From Oricola sp. (GTDB lineage: Bacteria > Pseudomonadota > Alphaproteobacteria > Rhizobiales > Rhizobiaceae), in contig NZ_OZ246003.1 of assembly GCF_965230365.1 (NCBI RefSeq), positions 2,669,781 through 2,693,780 of the forward strand: 24,000 nucleotides of DNA, written 5' to 3'. This document shows positions 8,220 through 15,789 of this stretch, one piece after another. How positions within the stretch are numbered: the first letter of the stretch is position 1; each line of letters starts with the position of its first letter. A program made the translations under genes and the position numbers. The notes beneath the pieces were generated by a model. That model was not told the DNA's origin and did not search any database. It saw only the letters and a list, made by a program, of their open reading frames with translations.

Positions 8220-9236
8220 CTAGGTCAGCCTGCCGATGGACGCCTTGAACAACTCAAGGAACGACCGCCCGTCGAGCCCCTGACAAATTCGCGACGTCGC
8301 GGGCCCTTCGAATTCGAGGATCTGGCGGCCGGTAAAAGCCACCGTCTGGCCGCGCACCAGCCTTTCGCTGAGCGCGACGTCGACAAAGCGCGGTTTGCTC
8401 ATTTCGAAGAACTCGGGATGGGTGACCGCGGCAACGGCGATCGCATCGTCGAGCGGAAACCCGACAAGCGAAAAGAACTCTCGCCAGATGTCGATATAGA
8501 TCGGGAATTCCTGGCAGATATGGCGCACGACCTTGCTTTCGGGATGGGCGGCCGCGAGATCGGCCAGATCGTCGCGTGTCAGCATCGAAGCGGCGACGCG
8601 GTTGTCCTCGCAGACGTCAAGCGGCACCAGCACCACTGGCGCGCCGGATCGCAGCACCACGCGGGCCGCCTCGGGGTCCGCCCAGATATTGTATTCGGAA
8701 ACCGGCGTGATGTTGCCGGGTGTCGTGAAGCACCCGCCCAGCACGACGATCTGCCGGACGAGGTCGACCAGATCGGGTGCCAAATTAAGCGCCATCGCGA
8801 TGTTTGTCTGCGGGCCGGTTGCAACGATCGAAACCTCGCCCGGATTGGCACGGACCGTGTCTATGATGAAGTCCGTGGCATGTTTGTCCATCGGCGGGCG
8901 CACGGGCTGCGGCGCAGGCGGGTTGAATTTCTCCAATCGCTTGCCGAAGCGATCGCGAAGCGTCTTCTCGAAATTTACCGGTGCGTCCATGTCCGCGGCC
9001 GAGTTGCCGACAAACGGACGGTAGGCGCCCGCGGCGACGGGCAGATCGTCCCGGCCGGCCAGACTGGCAGTGTTGAGCACGACATTCGTGACCTGATCGA
9101 TCGAGCCCGCGGCGCCGGCCACGCCCGTCACGCCCAACAGGTCGATGTCGTCGCACCCAAGCGCAAAGAGGATGGCGAGAATGTCGTCGCCTGCGGAATC
9201 GACATCCAGGATGATTTTCTGCTTCTTGCGCGTCAT
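8220..9236 (-). CDS. Divergent IUNH-family nucleoside hydrolase-like protein
   Basis: IILDVDSAGDDILAILFA keeps the DxDxxxDD motif, and SEYNIWADPEAA is conserved. There is no HG..GLDG motif; an unrelated segment (GNSAADMDAPVNFEKTLRDRFGKRLEKFNPPAPQPVRPP) takes its place. PLDDAIA replaces LHDP. The start ATG at 9236 overlaps the permease stop as ATGA. The rest of track ORF 8220..9998 is a spurious extension inside the permease gene. Confidence 0.8.
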   Translation of the reverse strand: MTRKKQKIILDVDSAGDDILAILFALGCDDIDLLGVTGVAGAAGSIDQVTNVVLNTASLAGRDDLPVAAGAYRPFVGNSAADMDAPVNFEKTLRDRFGKRLEKFNPPAPQPVRPPMDKHATDFIIDTVRANPGEVSIVATGPQTNIAMALNLAPDLVDLVRQIVVLGGCFTTPGNITPVSEYNIWADPEAARVVLRSGAPVVLVPLDVCEDNRVAASMLTRDDLADLAAAHPESKVVRHICQEFPIYIDIWREFFSLVGFPLDDAIAVAAVTHPEFFEMSKPRFVDVALSERLVRGQTVAFTGRQILEFEGPATSRICQGLDGRSFLELFKASIGRLT

Positions 9237-10189
9237 GTTTGCTTGCGCCCGATGAGTTGTAGAGTTTCTAGGGTTTCCCGGAAGGTCTTGGGACGCAGCC
9301 GGTAGGTCAGCGCGAACAGCGCGCCGAGCGTCACCAGATAGGGCACAGTCAGTACGATATAGGACGACGCCAGTCCCAATGTCTGCAGCCGCAGCGACAG
9401 CGCGTCGGCGAAACCGAACAGCAGACAACCAAACAACACCCGAACTGGATCGCCGGCCGAGAAAATCAGCACCGCCACGGCCATGAAACCGCGTCCAGAC
9501 GACATGTTCTCGGCAAACATTGTGATATAGCCGAGCGACAGATGCGCTCCGGCGAGCCCGGCCAGAACACCGCAGCACGCAGATGCTATGTGCTGCATTT
9601 TCGCGTTGTTGATGCCGAGCGACTCGGCTGCGGCCGGCTTCTCCCCCGTTACCCGGATGTAAAGACCGATCCGCGTCCGGTAGATCACCAACCAGACGAC
9701 GAATACCAGGAGTAATGACAGGTAGATCAGAGGCGTGAAGCTGGCGAGTGCCTTGCCGAGCGATCCCATGTCGCCAATGAACGGAATGTCCAGACGCGGC
9801 AGACCGACGATGTCGCCGCTGACGATAGAACCGCGCGTGCCGAAGAAGGCCTTGGTCAACGTGATCGTCAAGCCGCCAGCGAGAATATTTAGCGCCAGCC
9901 CGACAACGACCTCGTTTGCCCGGAGCGTCACCACGAATAGCGAGAACACCAGCGCCGCCGACACCGACGCACCGACGCCGATTGCCACTCCGCCCCAAGC
10001 CGACTGGGTCCAGATCGACCCCATGACGGCAAAGAAGGCACCGAGCAGCATCTGCCCCTCCAGGCCGATATTGAAGATCCCCGCTTTCGTCGTGAAGGCA
10101 CCGCCCAGCGCCACCAGCAGGATCGGCGTCGTCATCCGCAGGGTCGCTGCGATCAGCGAAACGTTGAAGATGGTGTCTAGAACTTCCAT
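9233..10189 (-). CDS. ABC transporter permease (BMP/nucleoside-type, CUT2-like; YufQ/NupQ-like)
   Basis: Polytopic hydrophobic protein. MEVLDTIFNVSLIAATLRMTTPILLVALGGAFTTKAGIFNIGLEGQMLLGAF is the typical N-terminus of this permease family. I trimmed the start to ATG 10189, which overlaps the upstream permease by 13 nt. Confidence 0.88.
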   Translation of the reverse strand: MEVLDTIFNVSLIAATLRMTTPILLVALGGAFTTKAGIFNIGLEGQMLLGAFFAVMGSIWTQSAWGGVAIGVGASVSAALVFSLFVVTLRANEVVVGLALNILAGGLTITLTKAFFGTRGSIVSGDIVGLPRLDIPFIGDMGSLGKALASFTPLIYLSLLLVFVVWLVIYRTRIGLYIRVTGEKPAAAESLGINNAKMQHIASACCGVLAGLAGAHLSLGYITMFAENMSSGRGFMAVAVLIFSAGDPVRVLFGCLLFGFADALSLRLQTLGLASSYIVLTVPYLVTLGALFALTYRLRPKTFRETLETLQLIGRKQT

Positions 10190-11271
10190 CGACGCTCTCC
10201 CTGGCTGCTGTCGCGCCGGCGGCGGATCAGGATTTGCGCCGATACGCAAAGGATGATGAACGCCTGGAAGACGGTGATCACTTCGCGCGAGGCATTGGTC
10301 TCGACCTCCATCAAAAGCGAGCCGGCACGCAACGATCCGAAAAACAGCGCGGTGGCAATCACCCCGATCGGGCTGCCATTGGCCAGTAGTGCGGCGATTA
10401 CGCCGTCGAACCCGAAGCCTGGAGCAAAGCCTTCCATGAAACGGTGGTGGACACCGAGGGTCTCCACGCCGCCGGCGAGCCCACCGATTGCGCCTGAGCA
10501 CAGCAAGATAAGCAGGATGTTGCGCCGAACCGGCACGCCGCCATATTCCGCGAATTTAATGTTGGACCCCATCGAGTTCATGCCGTAGCCGGCCGCGGTG
10601 CGCGACAGGAACAGATGCAGGCCGACCGCAAGCATGACGCCGATGAACAGGCCCGCGTTCAGGCGCGAGAACTCGAACAGCTGCGGCAAGTGCGCCGTCT
10701 CCGCAATCGGCTCGGTCTCCGACCAGCCGCCCGGCCGCTTGAAGACGTCAATCGTCAGATACGAGGTAAGCAGGATCGCCACATAATTGGAGAGAATGGT
10801 CGAAACGACCTCATTGGTTCCGAAGCGGGCCCTGAAGATAGCCGGCAGCAGGATCCACAGTCCACCGGCTGCGAACGCTGCAGCGAGCGCCACGAGCATG
10901 TGGATACCCACCGGCATGGCAAACTGGAATCCGACCCACGCGGCTGCGAAACCGCCCATGTAGAGCTGCCCCTCGATGCCGATGTTGAACAGCCCGCCAC
11001 GGAACGCGATGCAGGCGGCAACCCCGCTGATGATGATCGGCGTAGCCTGAAGCAACGACCCGGCGATGCGTTCGCTGCTGCCAAAGGCCCCTCGAAGCAG
11101 CGTCGTGAAGACAAGGATCGGATCTTCGCCGACGAGCATGATGATGATGCCGCCGCCGACGATGGAGATCGCGACCGCGAGCAATTGACCGAACAGCGAC
11201 TCCAGCCATTCCGGCATGCGCGCGGTCTTTCGTTCGGCCGGGCTCCGGCTCTCCCCGACGTCGGCGCTCAC
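10177..11271 (-). CDS. ABC transporter permease (BMP/nucleoside-type; YufP/NupP-like)
   Basis: 364-aa hydrophobic protein with FNIGIEGQLYMGGFAAAW. The GTG start overlaps the ATPase stop as GTGA (11268-11271). An alternative start is the ATG at 11217 (MPEWLES). Confidence 0.85.
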   Translation of the reverse strand: MSADVGESRSPAERKTARMPEWLESLFGQLLAVAISIVGGGIIIMLVGEDPILVFTTLLRGAFGSSERIAGSLLQATPIIISGVAACIAFRGGLFNIGIEGQLYMGGFAAAWVGFQFAMPVGIHMLVALAAAFAAGGLWILLPAIFRARFGTNEVVSTILSNYVAILLTSYLTIDVFKRPGGWSETEPIAETAHLPQLFEFSRLNAGLFIGVMLAVGLHLFLSRTAAGYGMNSMGSNIKFAEYGGVPVRRNILLILLCSGAIGGLAGGVETLGVHHRFMEGFAPGFGFDGVIAALLANGSPIGVIATALFFGSLRAGSLLMEVETNASREVITVFQAFIILCVSAQILIRRRRDSSQGERRWKF

Positions 11272-12803
11272 GCCGCCTTCTCCCCGCCGATGCTTCCACC
11301 CGCCATGAGCGTTCCGATCTCCTCTTCCGTGGTGTTCTCAGGGTCGACCTCACCTGAAATCTGACCGGCAAACATGACCAGCACCCGATCCGCCAGTGCC
11401 AGGATTTCATCGATCTGCACAGAGATCAGCAGGATCGCACTTCCGGAATTGCGGCTGCGTATGATTTCGTCGTGGATGCGCTCCATGGCTCCGATGTCGA
11501 TTCCGCGCGTCGGCTGATCGATCAGCAACAGTGGCGCATGCCTGGAAAACTCGCGTGCGACGACGACCTTCTGCATGTTGCCCCCGGACAGCGTCTTGAC
11601 GACCGCGTTCTCGTCGGAGGCGCGTATGTCGAAGCGTTCGATGAGATTTCTCGCCAGTTGTCGGACGCGCGACCAATTGATGATGCCGAACTTGGACCAT
11701 GGCTCGGTGTGCTGCCGGGCCATCAGAACGTTGGAGCTGATGTCGGAAGCCGCGTCGACGCCGTGAACCAGCCGGTTGGCCGGCACATGCGCAAGCCCTG
11801 CCTGGCGCATTGCCCCAGGGTCGTGATGCCCGACTTCGACGCCATTCAGCACGATGTGTCCGTAACTTGGCGCTCGCAGGCCGGAAACGACTTCTGCCAA
11901 TTGCGTCTGTCCGTTGCCGTCGACCCCGACGATCCCGACGATTTCGCCGGACTTCACCTCAAGATCGATGTCGCGGAGCGCCGGAAGACCCCTGTCGTCG
12001 CGCGCATAGATCTCCCGTAGTTCCAGCACGGTCTCGCCGGAAGTCTGCGCGCGCTTGCGCCTGTCGAAATTCACGTTGCGCCCAACCATCATGCGGACGA
12101 GCGCCTCTTCATCCAATTCACGTGTCGGCCTGGTGCCGACAACCTCACCGTCCCGCAACACCGTGACGGTGTCGGACACCTCCAGCACCTCAGACAGATG
12201 ATGCGAGATAAAGATCACCGTCATGCCTGTATCGGCAAAGCGCCGGATGATGCGGAACAGGTCACGACTTTCCTGTGGCGTCAGCACCGCAGTCGGTTCG
12301 TCGAGGATGACTACATTGGCGCCGCGCGCCAGGACCTTCAAAATCTCCACGCGTTGTTCGGCGCCGACCGACAGCTGGTGGATCGGGCGATCGGGATCGA
12401 TCTGCAAACCGAATTCCTCGGAAAGCGCGCGCGCCTTTTCGGATTGCGCCTTCAGGTCGATCAGTCCCAGATTGGTCATTTCCATGCCAAGAAAAATGTT
12501 TTCAGCCACCGTTAGCGACGGCACGAGCTTAAAATGCTGGTGTACCATTCCGAGGCCGAGACCGATCGCCGTGCGTGGCGTTTCCATCACCACCGGTGTC
12601 CCGCCGATTTTGATCGCCCCCTCGTCCGGCTGCATCAGGCCAAACAGGATATTCATTAGCGTGGTCTTGCCAGCACCGTTTTCGCCAACGATTGCGTGAA
12701 TCTCGCCGCTCTTTGCGCCAAAACTCACATCCTTGTTGGCGGTGACCGGGCCGAAGCGCTTGGTCACGCCGACCATTTCAACGGCAAAAGCCATAGCAGA
12801 CAT
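11268..12803 (-). CDS. ABC transporter ATP-binding protein with two fused NBDs (second one degenerate)
   Basis: Walker A GENGAGKTTL, signature LSVGAEQRVEI and Walker B VVILDEPT are in NBD1. NBD2 has a degenerate P-loop (GVDGNGQTQL), LSGGNMQKV and LLLIDQPTRGID. Confidence 0.93.
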   Translation of the reverse strand: MSAMAFAVEMVGVTKRFGPVTANKDVSFGAKSGEIHAIVGENGAGKTTLMNILFGLMQPDEGAIKIGGTPVVMETPRTAIGLGLGMVHQHFKLVPSLTVAENIFLGMEMTNLGLIDLKAQSEKARALSEEFGLQIDPDRPIHQLSVGAEQRVEILKVLARGANVVILDEPTAVLTPQESRDLFRIIRRFADTGMTVIFISHHLSEVLEVSDTVTVLRDGEVVGTRPTRELDEEALVRMMVGRNVNFDRRKRAQTSGETVLELREIYARDDRGLPALRDIDLEVKSGEIVGIVGVDGNGQTQLAEVVSGLRAPSYGHIVLNGVEVGHHDPGAMRQAGLAHVPANRLVHGVDAASDISSNVLMARQHTEPWSKFGIINWSRVRQLARNLIERFDIRASDENAVVKTLSGGNMQKVVVAREFSRHAPLLLIDQPTRGIDIGAMERIHDEIIRSRNSGSAILLISVQIDEILALADRVLVMFAGQISGEVDPENTTEEEIGTLMAGGSIGGEKAA

Positions 12804-12841
12804 GCACCGAAATTCGTTTCCCGCGAGTTGCGGACATTAGA

Positions 12842-12876
12842 TCGATGGGCGAACCACCGCAGTGTTCGCCCATCGA
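12842..12876 (-). promoter_or_regulatory. Intercistronic stem-loop between the SBP and ATPase genes (13-bp perfect stem, 9-nt loop)
   Basis: tcgatgggcgaac (12842-12854) pairs perfectly with gttcgcccatcga (12864-12876). It sits 17 nt after the SBP stop. No U-tract follows on the transcribed (minus) strand. Confidence 0.6.
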
Positions 12877-12892
12877 CCACCCCCTGCTGTTC

Positions 12893-13900
12893 TTATCTGT
12901 TCAGCGTTACCGCGATCGTTCCATCAGCGATCCCGGCGCGGACGCTTTCAACGCCGTCCAGCACTTCCGCAGGTATCTTGTCGGCGACCTCGTCGCAGAT
13001 CTTCAGCTCGATACCGCCGCTGGCGACACCGTAGGAGACGGGACCGGCCGTGACAGGCGCAGAGCCGTCGACTTCGCCCTTGATCATGTCAAAGACAGCA
13101 ATGTCCGCGCGTTTCATCATCGAAGCCAGGATGTGACCCGGGGCGGTGCCGCATTGGTCGATGTCGACGCCCACGGCATACTTGTCTGCAACCTTGGCGG
13201 CTTGTAGAACGCCTTCGCCGGTCGGGCCGGCAGCCTGATAGATGACATCAACGCCCTGGCCGTAGAGCGTCATGGCGAGTTCGCTGCCCTTCGCCGGATC
13301 GTCGAAGGTGCCGGAGAACACGCCGGCAACAGACACGCCCTCGGAGTTCTCGCCGACGCCCTGTTCGTAACCCATCAGGAAGTTGCGGATGACCGGAATA
13401 TCGCGGCCGCCGATGAAGCCGACTTCGCTGCCGGAATCGAAGCCTTCAACCCCCTTCTCGGTCAACATGCTGGTCAGCGTGCCGACAAGGTAGGAACCCT
13501 CTTCCTCAACGAAGTCCACATAGGTCATCGTCTCGCTTTCGAGGATGCCGTCGATGAAGATGAAGCGCTGGTCCGGATAGGCCGCATTGGATTTCTGCAG
13601 CGCGTCGACCAGTTCCCACCCCATCACGAAGACGAGATCGTACTCGCCAGCCTTGGCAATGTTGTTGAACTGCTCTTCATAATCGAGGGCGCGATTGCCG
13701 GTATCGATGACCTTGATTTCGACACCCAGGTCGCTCTCGGCCTTCTTCAAGCCATTGACAATCGAGATACCGAAGCCCTGCGAAAAGTAGCCGGAGATTG
13801 CGGCGACCTTGAGCTTCTCGGCGGACGCCAGCGAAGTGGACGCTGCGAGCGCCCCGGCCACGGCTGCCCCGGTGGCCAGTTTCTTCATCATTCCCTTCAT
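12893..13900 (-). CDS. BMP-family (PnrA/Med-like) ABC substrate-binding protein, secreted
   Basis: Sec-type signal peptide MKGMMKKLATGAAVAGALAASTSLASA|EK with no lipobox Cys. The body (KVAAISGYFSQGFGISIVNGLKKA...DLVFVMGWELVDAL...) is BMP-like. SD GGGAGA lies 8 nt upstream of the ATG at 13900. Confidence 0.85.
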   Translation of the reverse strand: MKGMMKKLATGAAVAGALAASTSLASAEKLKVAAISGYFSQGFGISIVNGLKKAESDLGVEIKVIDTGNRALDYEEQFNNIAKAGEYDLVFVMGWELVDALQKSNAAYPDQRFIFIDGILESETMTYVDFVEEEGSYLVGTLTSMLTEKGVEGFDSGSEVGFIGGRDIPVIRNFLMGYEQGVGENSEGVSVAGVFSGTFDDPAKGSELAMTLYGQGVDVIYQAAGPTGEGVLQAAKVADKYAVGVDIDQCGTAPGHILASMMKRADIAVFDMIKGEVDGSAPVTAGPVSYGVASGGIELKICDEVADKIPAEVLDGVESVRAGIADGTIAVTLNR

Positions 13901-14099
13901 TCGTATTCTCCCATTCCCGATGCGACGCTTCCCCTGGTAGCGGCACCGCGTCTACGCCCTTGACGAGCAATTTGGTTCGTGTACGAATTAAAGTTGGACG
14001 CACTTTTTCCCTTAAGTCAAGAGTGGGTCCGGTACAAATTCGGTTCGCGGGCGAAGTTTTTTAAGTCCGGATTTCCTGAATCTCGAACGGAGGTTGAGA
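13901..14099. promoter_or_regulatory. Divergent promoter region between the Module A SBP gene (-) and the epimerase-like gene (+)
   Basis: 199-bp non-coding gap between divergent starts. CTTGACG lies at 13959-13965 on the + strand, and TTGACT lies on the - strand (complement of 14015-14020). The pseudo-palindrome TTCGTGTACGAA is at 13976-13987. I could not identify convincing -10 hexamers. Confidence 0.45.
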
Positions 14100-14933
14100 A
14101 TGGTTCGGCACGCCGTGGTCACAGGTGCGGCCGGTTTGCTTGGCAGGCATATTGCGACCGCATTCCGCGACGCCGGCTACAGGGTTACGGCGCTCGACCG
14201 TGACGTAGGTTCCCCCGACATGGTGCGCGCCGACCTTACGGAACTCCATGCGGCGATTGATTCGATTCCGGGTGCCGATATCATTGTCCATACGGCCGCC
14301 ATCCCCCGCCCCGTCGGCTACGACGGACAGGTGGTGTTCGGGACCAACATGGCACTGATGTACAATGTGCTGGCCGCCGCCGAGGAAGCCCGCATACCCA
14401 AACTTCTCTACGCTTCGTCCTTTAGTACCCTCGGACTGCCATTCGCGCCGGCGCCGGTCGAAGTTCTGCATTTTCCTATCGGTGAAGAACACCCGACAGC
14501 GCCGCAGGACGTTTACGCGGTGACCAAGTTGCTCGGTGAGGAAATGGTGGATGCGTGGCACCGCCGGACCGGTCGGCCCGCCGCCAGCATTCGGATGCCA
14601 TGGATCCAGACGCCCGAAAGCTTCACGCACGAAGTGGTGCCGCGCCGCGATACTCCGGGCGCCAGACTCGACCTGTGGGCTTATGTCGACGGACGCGATG
14701 CCGCCGCCGCATTCCTTGCGGCCGCCGAGGCCAGCTTCACCGGCCATGAACGCTATTTCATCTCGGCTGCCGACACCTATAGCACCGTGGAGACCGACAC
14801 CCTGCTGCGGCAGTTCTATCCCGATGCTGAACGCCGCAGCGCCCTGCCCGGCCACTCAGCCCTTCTTTCAAATGACAAGGCACACGCGCTGACCGGCTAC
14901 ACGCCCCGGCACAGCTGGCGGGATTATCGCTGA
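14100..14933 (+). CDS. NAD(P)-dependent epimerase/dehydratase-family oxidoreductase (extended SDR)
   Basis: VVTGAAGLLGRHI (GxxGxxG Rossmann motif) and YAVTKLLGE (YxxxK) are present. I moved the start to ATG 14100 because GGAGG at 14089-14093 sits 6 nt upstream of it. The track's TTG at 14094 overlaps that SD. Confidence 0.85.
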   Translation: MVRHAVVTGAAGLLGRHIATAFRDAGYRVTALDRDVGSPDMVRADLTELHAAIDSIPGADIIVHTAAIPRPVGYDGQVVFGTNMALMYNVLAAAEEARIPKLLYASSFSTLGLPFAPAPVEVLHFPIGEEHPTAPQDVYAVTKLLGEEMVDAWHRRTGRPAASIRMPWIQTPESFTHEVVPRRDTPGARLDLWAYVDGRDAAAAFLAAAEASFTGHERYFISAADTYSTVETDTLLRQFYPDAERRSALPGHSALLSNDKAHALTGYTPRHSWRDYR

Positions 14934-14952
14934 CATCAAGGAAACACACGGC

Positions 14953-15762
14953 ATGAACGATGGTTTCGATGGCAAGACGGTCCTGATCACCGGCGGCGCG
15001 GGCGCAATTGGCGCGGCCACCGCACGGGCATTCCTGGTCCGCGGTGCCAACCTGGTTCTCGCCGATCTCGATGCGGGTGGACTTGAGACGGTTCGCGACA
15101 ACCTCGGCGTACCTGACCGGATCGCAATCGTCGCCGGCGACCTCGCGGATGCGGATGTTGCGCAGACCGCGGTTGACGCCGCCGTCGGTGGGTTCGGCGC
15201 ATTGGATATTGCCTTCAACAATGCGGGAATCTCCGGCGAAGTCGCACCCGTCCACGAACTTCCGCTCGCCGAGTGGGACCGCATCGTCAACGCCAATCTG
15301 CGCAGCATGTTCTGCACGCTTCAGGCGTCGGCTCGCGAGATGGTGCGCGCCGACCGTGGCGGCGCGATCGTCAATATGGGATCTTCAATGGCCGGCTGGG
15401 ATGTGCTGGCCGGCGGTGCCGGTTACGTCTGCACCAAGCACGCCGTCGTCGGCCTGACCAAATCGGCGGCCTTCGATCTCGCCAGTCACGGCATCCGCGT
15501 GAATGCGGTATGCCCCGGTGTGATCGAGACAACGCTCGGCGTGCCAGACCTGCGCGAGGACAAAGCCGCCGCCGTCTCGGCGGTCGAGCAATTCGCCAGC
15601 CGCATTCCGCTGAAGCGCATCGGTCAGGTCGATGATGTCGCGGAAGTCGTCATCTTCCTCGCCTCGCCCGCCGCCCGCCACGTCAACGGCGCTGCGTGGC
15701 TTATCGACGGCGGCCAGACGCTCCAGAGCTTCTCCAACGGCCCGGAAGGCGGACACTACTAG
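14953..15762 (+). CDS. Classical short-chain dehydrogenase/reductase (SDR)
   Basis: TGGAGAIGAA cofactor motif, NNAG, and catalytic YVCTKHAV (YxxxK) are present. SD AAGGAAA lies about 10 nt upstream. Confidence 0.9.
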   Translation: MNDGFDGKTVLITGGAGAIGAATARAFLVRGANLVLADLDAGGLETVRDNLGVPDRIAIVAGDLADADVAQTAVDAAVGGFGALDIAFNNAGISGEVAPVHELPLAEWDRIVNANLRSMFCTLQASAREMVRADRGGAIVNMGSSMAGWDVLAGGAGYVCTKHAVVGLTKSAAFDLASHGIRVNAVCPGVIETTLGVPDLREDKAAAVSAVEQFASRIPLKRIGQVDDVAEVVIFLASPAARHVNGAAWLIDGGQTLQSFSNGPEGGHY

Positions 15763-15789
15763 CTGTTCGCAGCCGCTCGTCAAACCGGC

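Noticed and set aside
7146-9305. Very long (719 aa) + strand ORF opposite the two nucleoside hydrolase genes
   Set aside because: This is a shadow ORF typical of high-GC DNA. Its translation is Arg/His/Asp/Gln-rich and low in complexity, with no recognisable motif. The opposite strand encodes two proteins with clear IUNH motifs and proper SD/start contexts.
9237-9998. N-terminal extensions of track ORFs running into upstream genes (8220..9998, 9233..10501, 18788..19975, 19627..20334, 6578..7342, 1441..3450, 22128..23765)
   Set aside because: The extensions are Arg-rich, overlap the preceding well-supported gene out of frame, and precede internal ATG/GTG starts. Those internal starts coincide with the conserved family N-termini and with ATGA/GTGA stop-start overlaps, so I trimmed the starts accordingly.
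10615-11410. ORFs 10615..11364 (+) and 10811..11410 (-) overlapping the Module A permease
   Set aside because: They are off-frame or antisense products with extreme Arg/Asp content. The in-frame permease has the expected hydrophobic profile and a GTGA coupling to the ATPase.
13979-14203. 74-aa + ORF (GTG start) beginning in the divergent promoter region, considered as a possible leader peptide or small protein
   Set aside because: It has no SD and runs out of frame into the epimerase-like gene, whose own GGAGG-ATG start is convincing. Its second half is Arg-rich antisense-like sequence. I cannot exclude a short leader peptide but see no support for one.
14061-14855. 264-aa minus-strand ORF opposite the epimerase-like gene, plus other mid-size antisense ORFs (14758..15255, 14868..15317, 15976..16638, 22755..23546)
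   Set aside because: None has a motif or an SD. All are fully nested in genes that carry clear Rossmann, ALDH or ABC signatures on the other strand.
15762-15773. GCTG-TTCG-CAGC hairpin between the convergent SDR and ALDH genes, considered as a possible bidirectional terminator
   Set aside because: The stem is only 4 bp and has no flanking U/A tracts. It is too weak to call a terminator.
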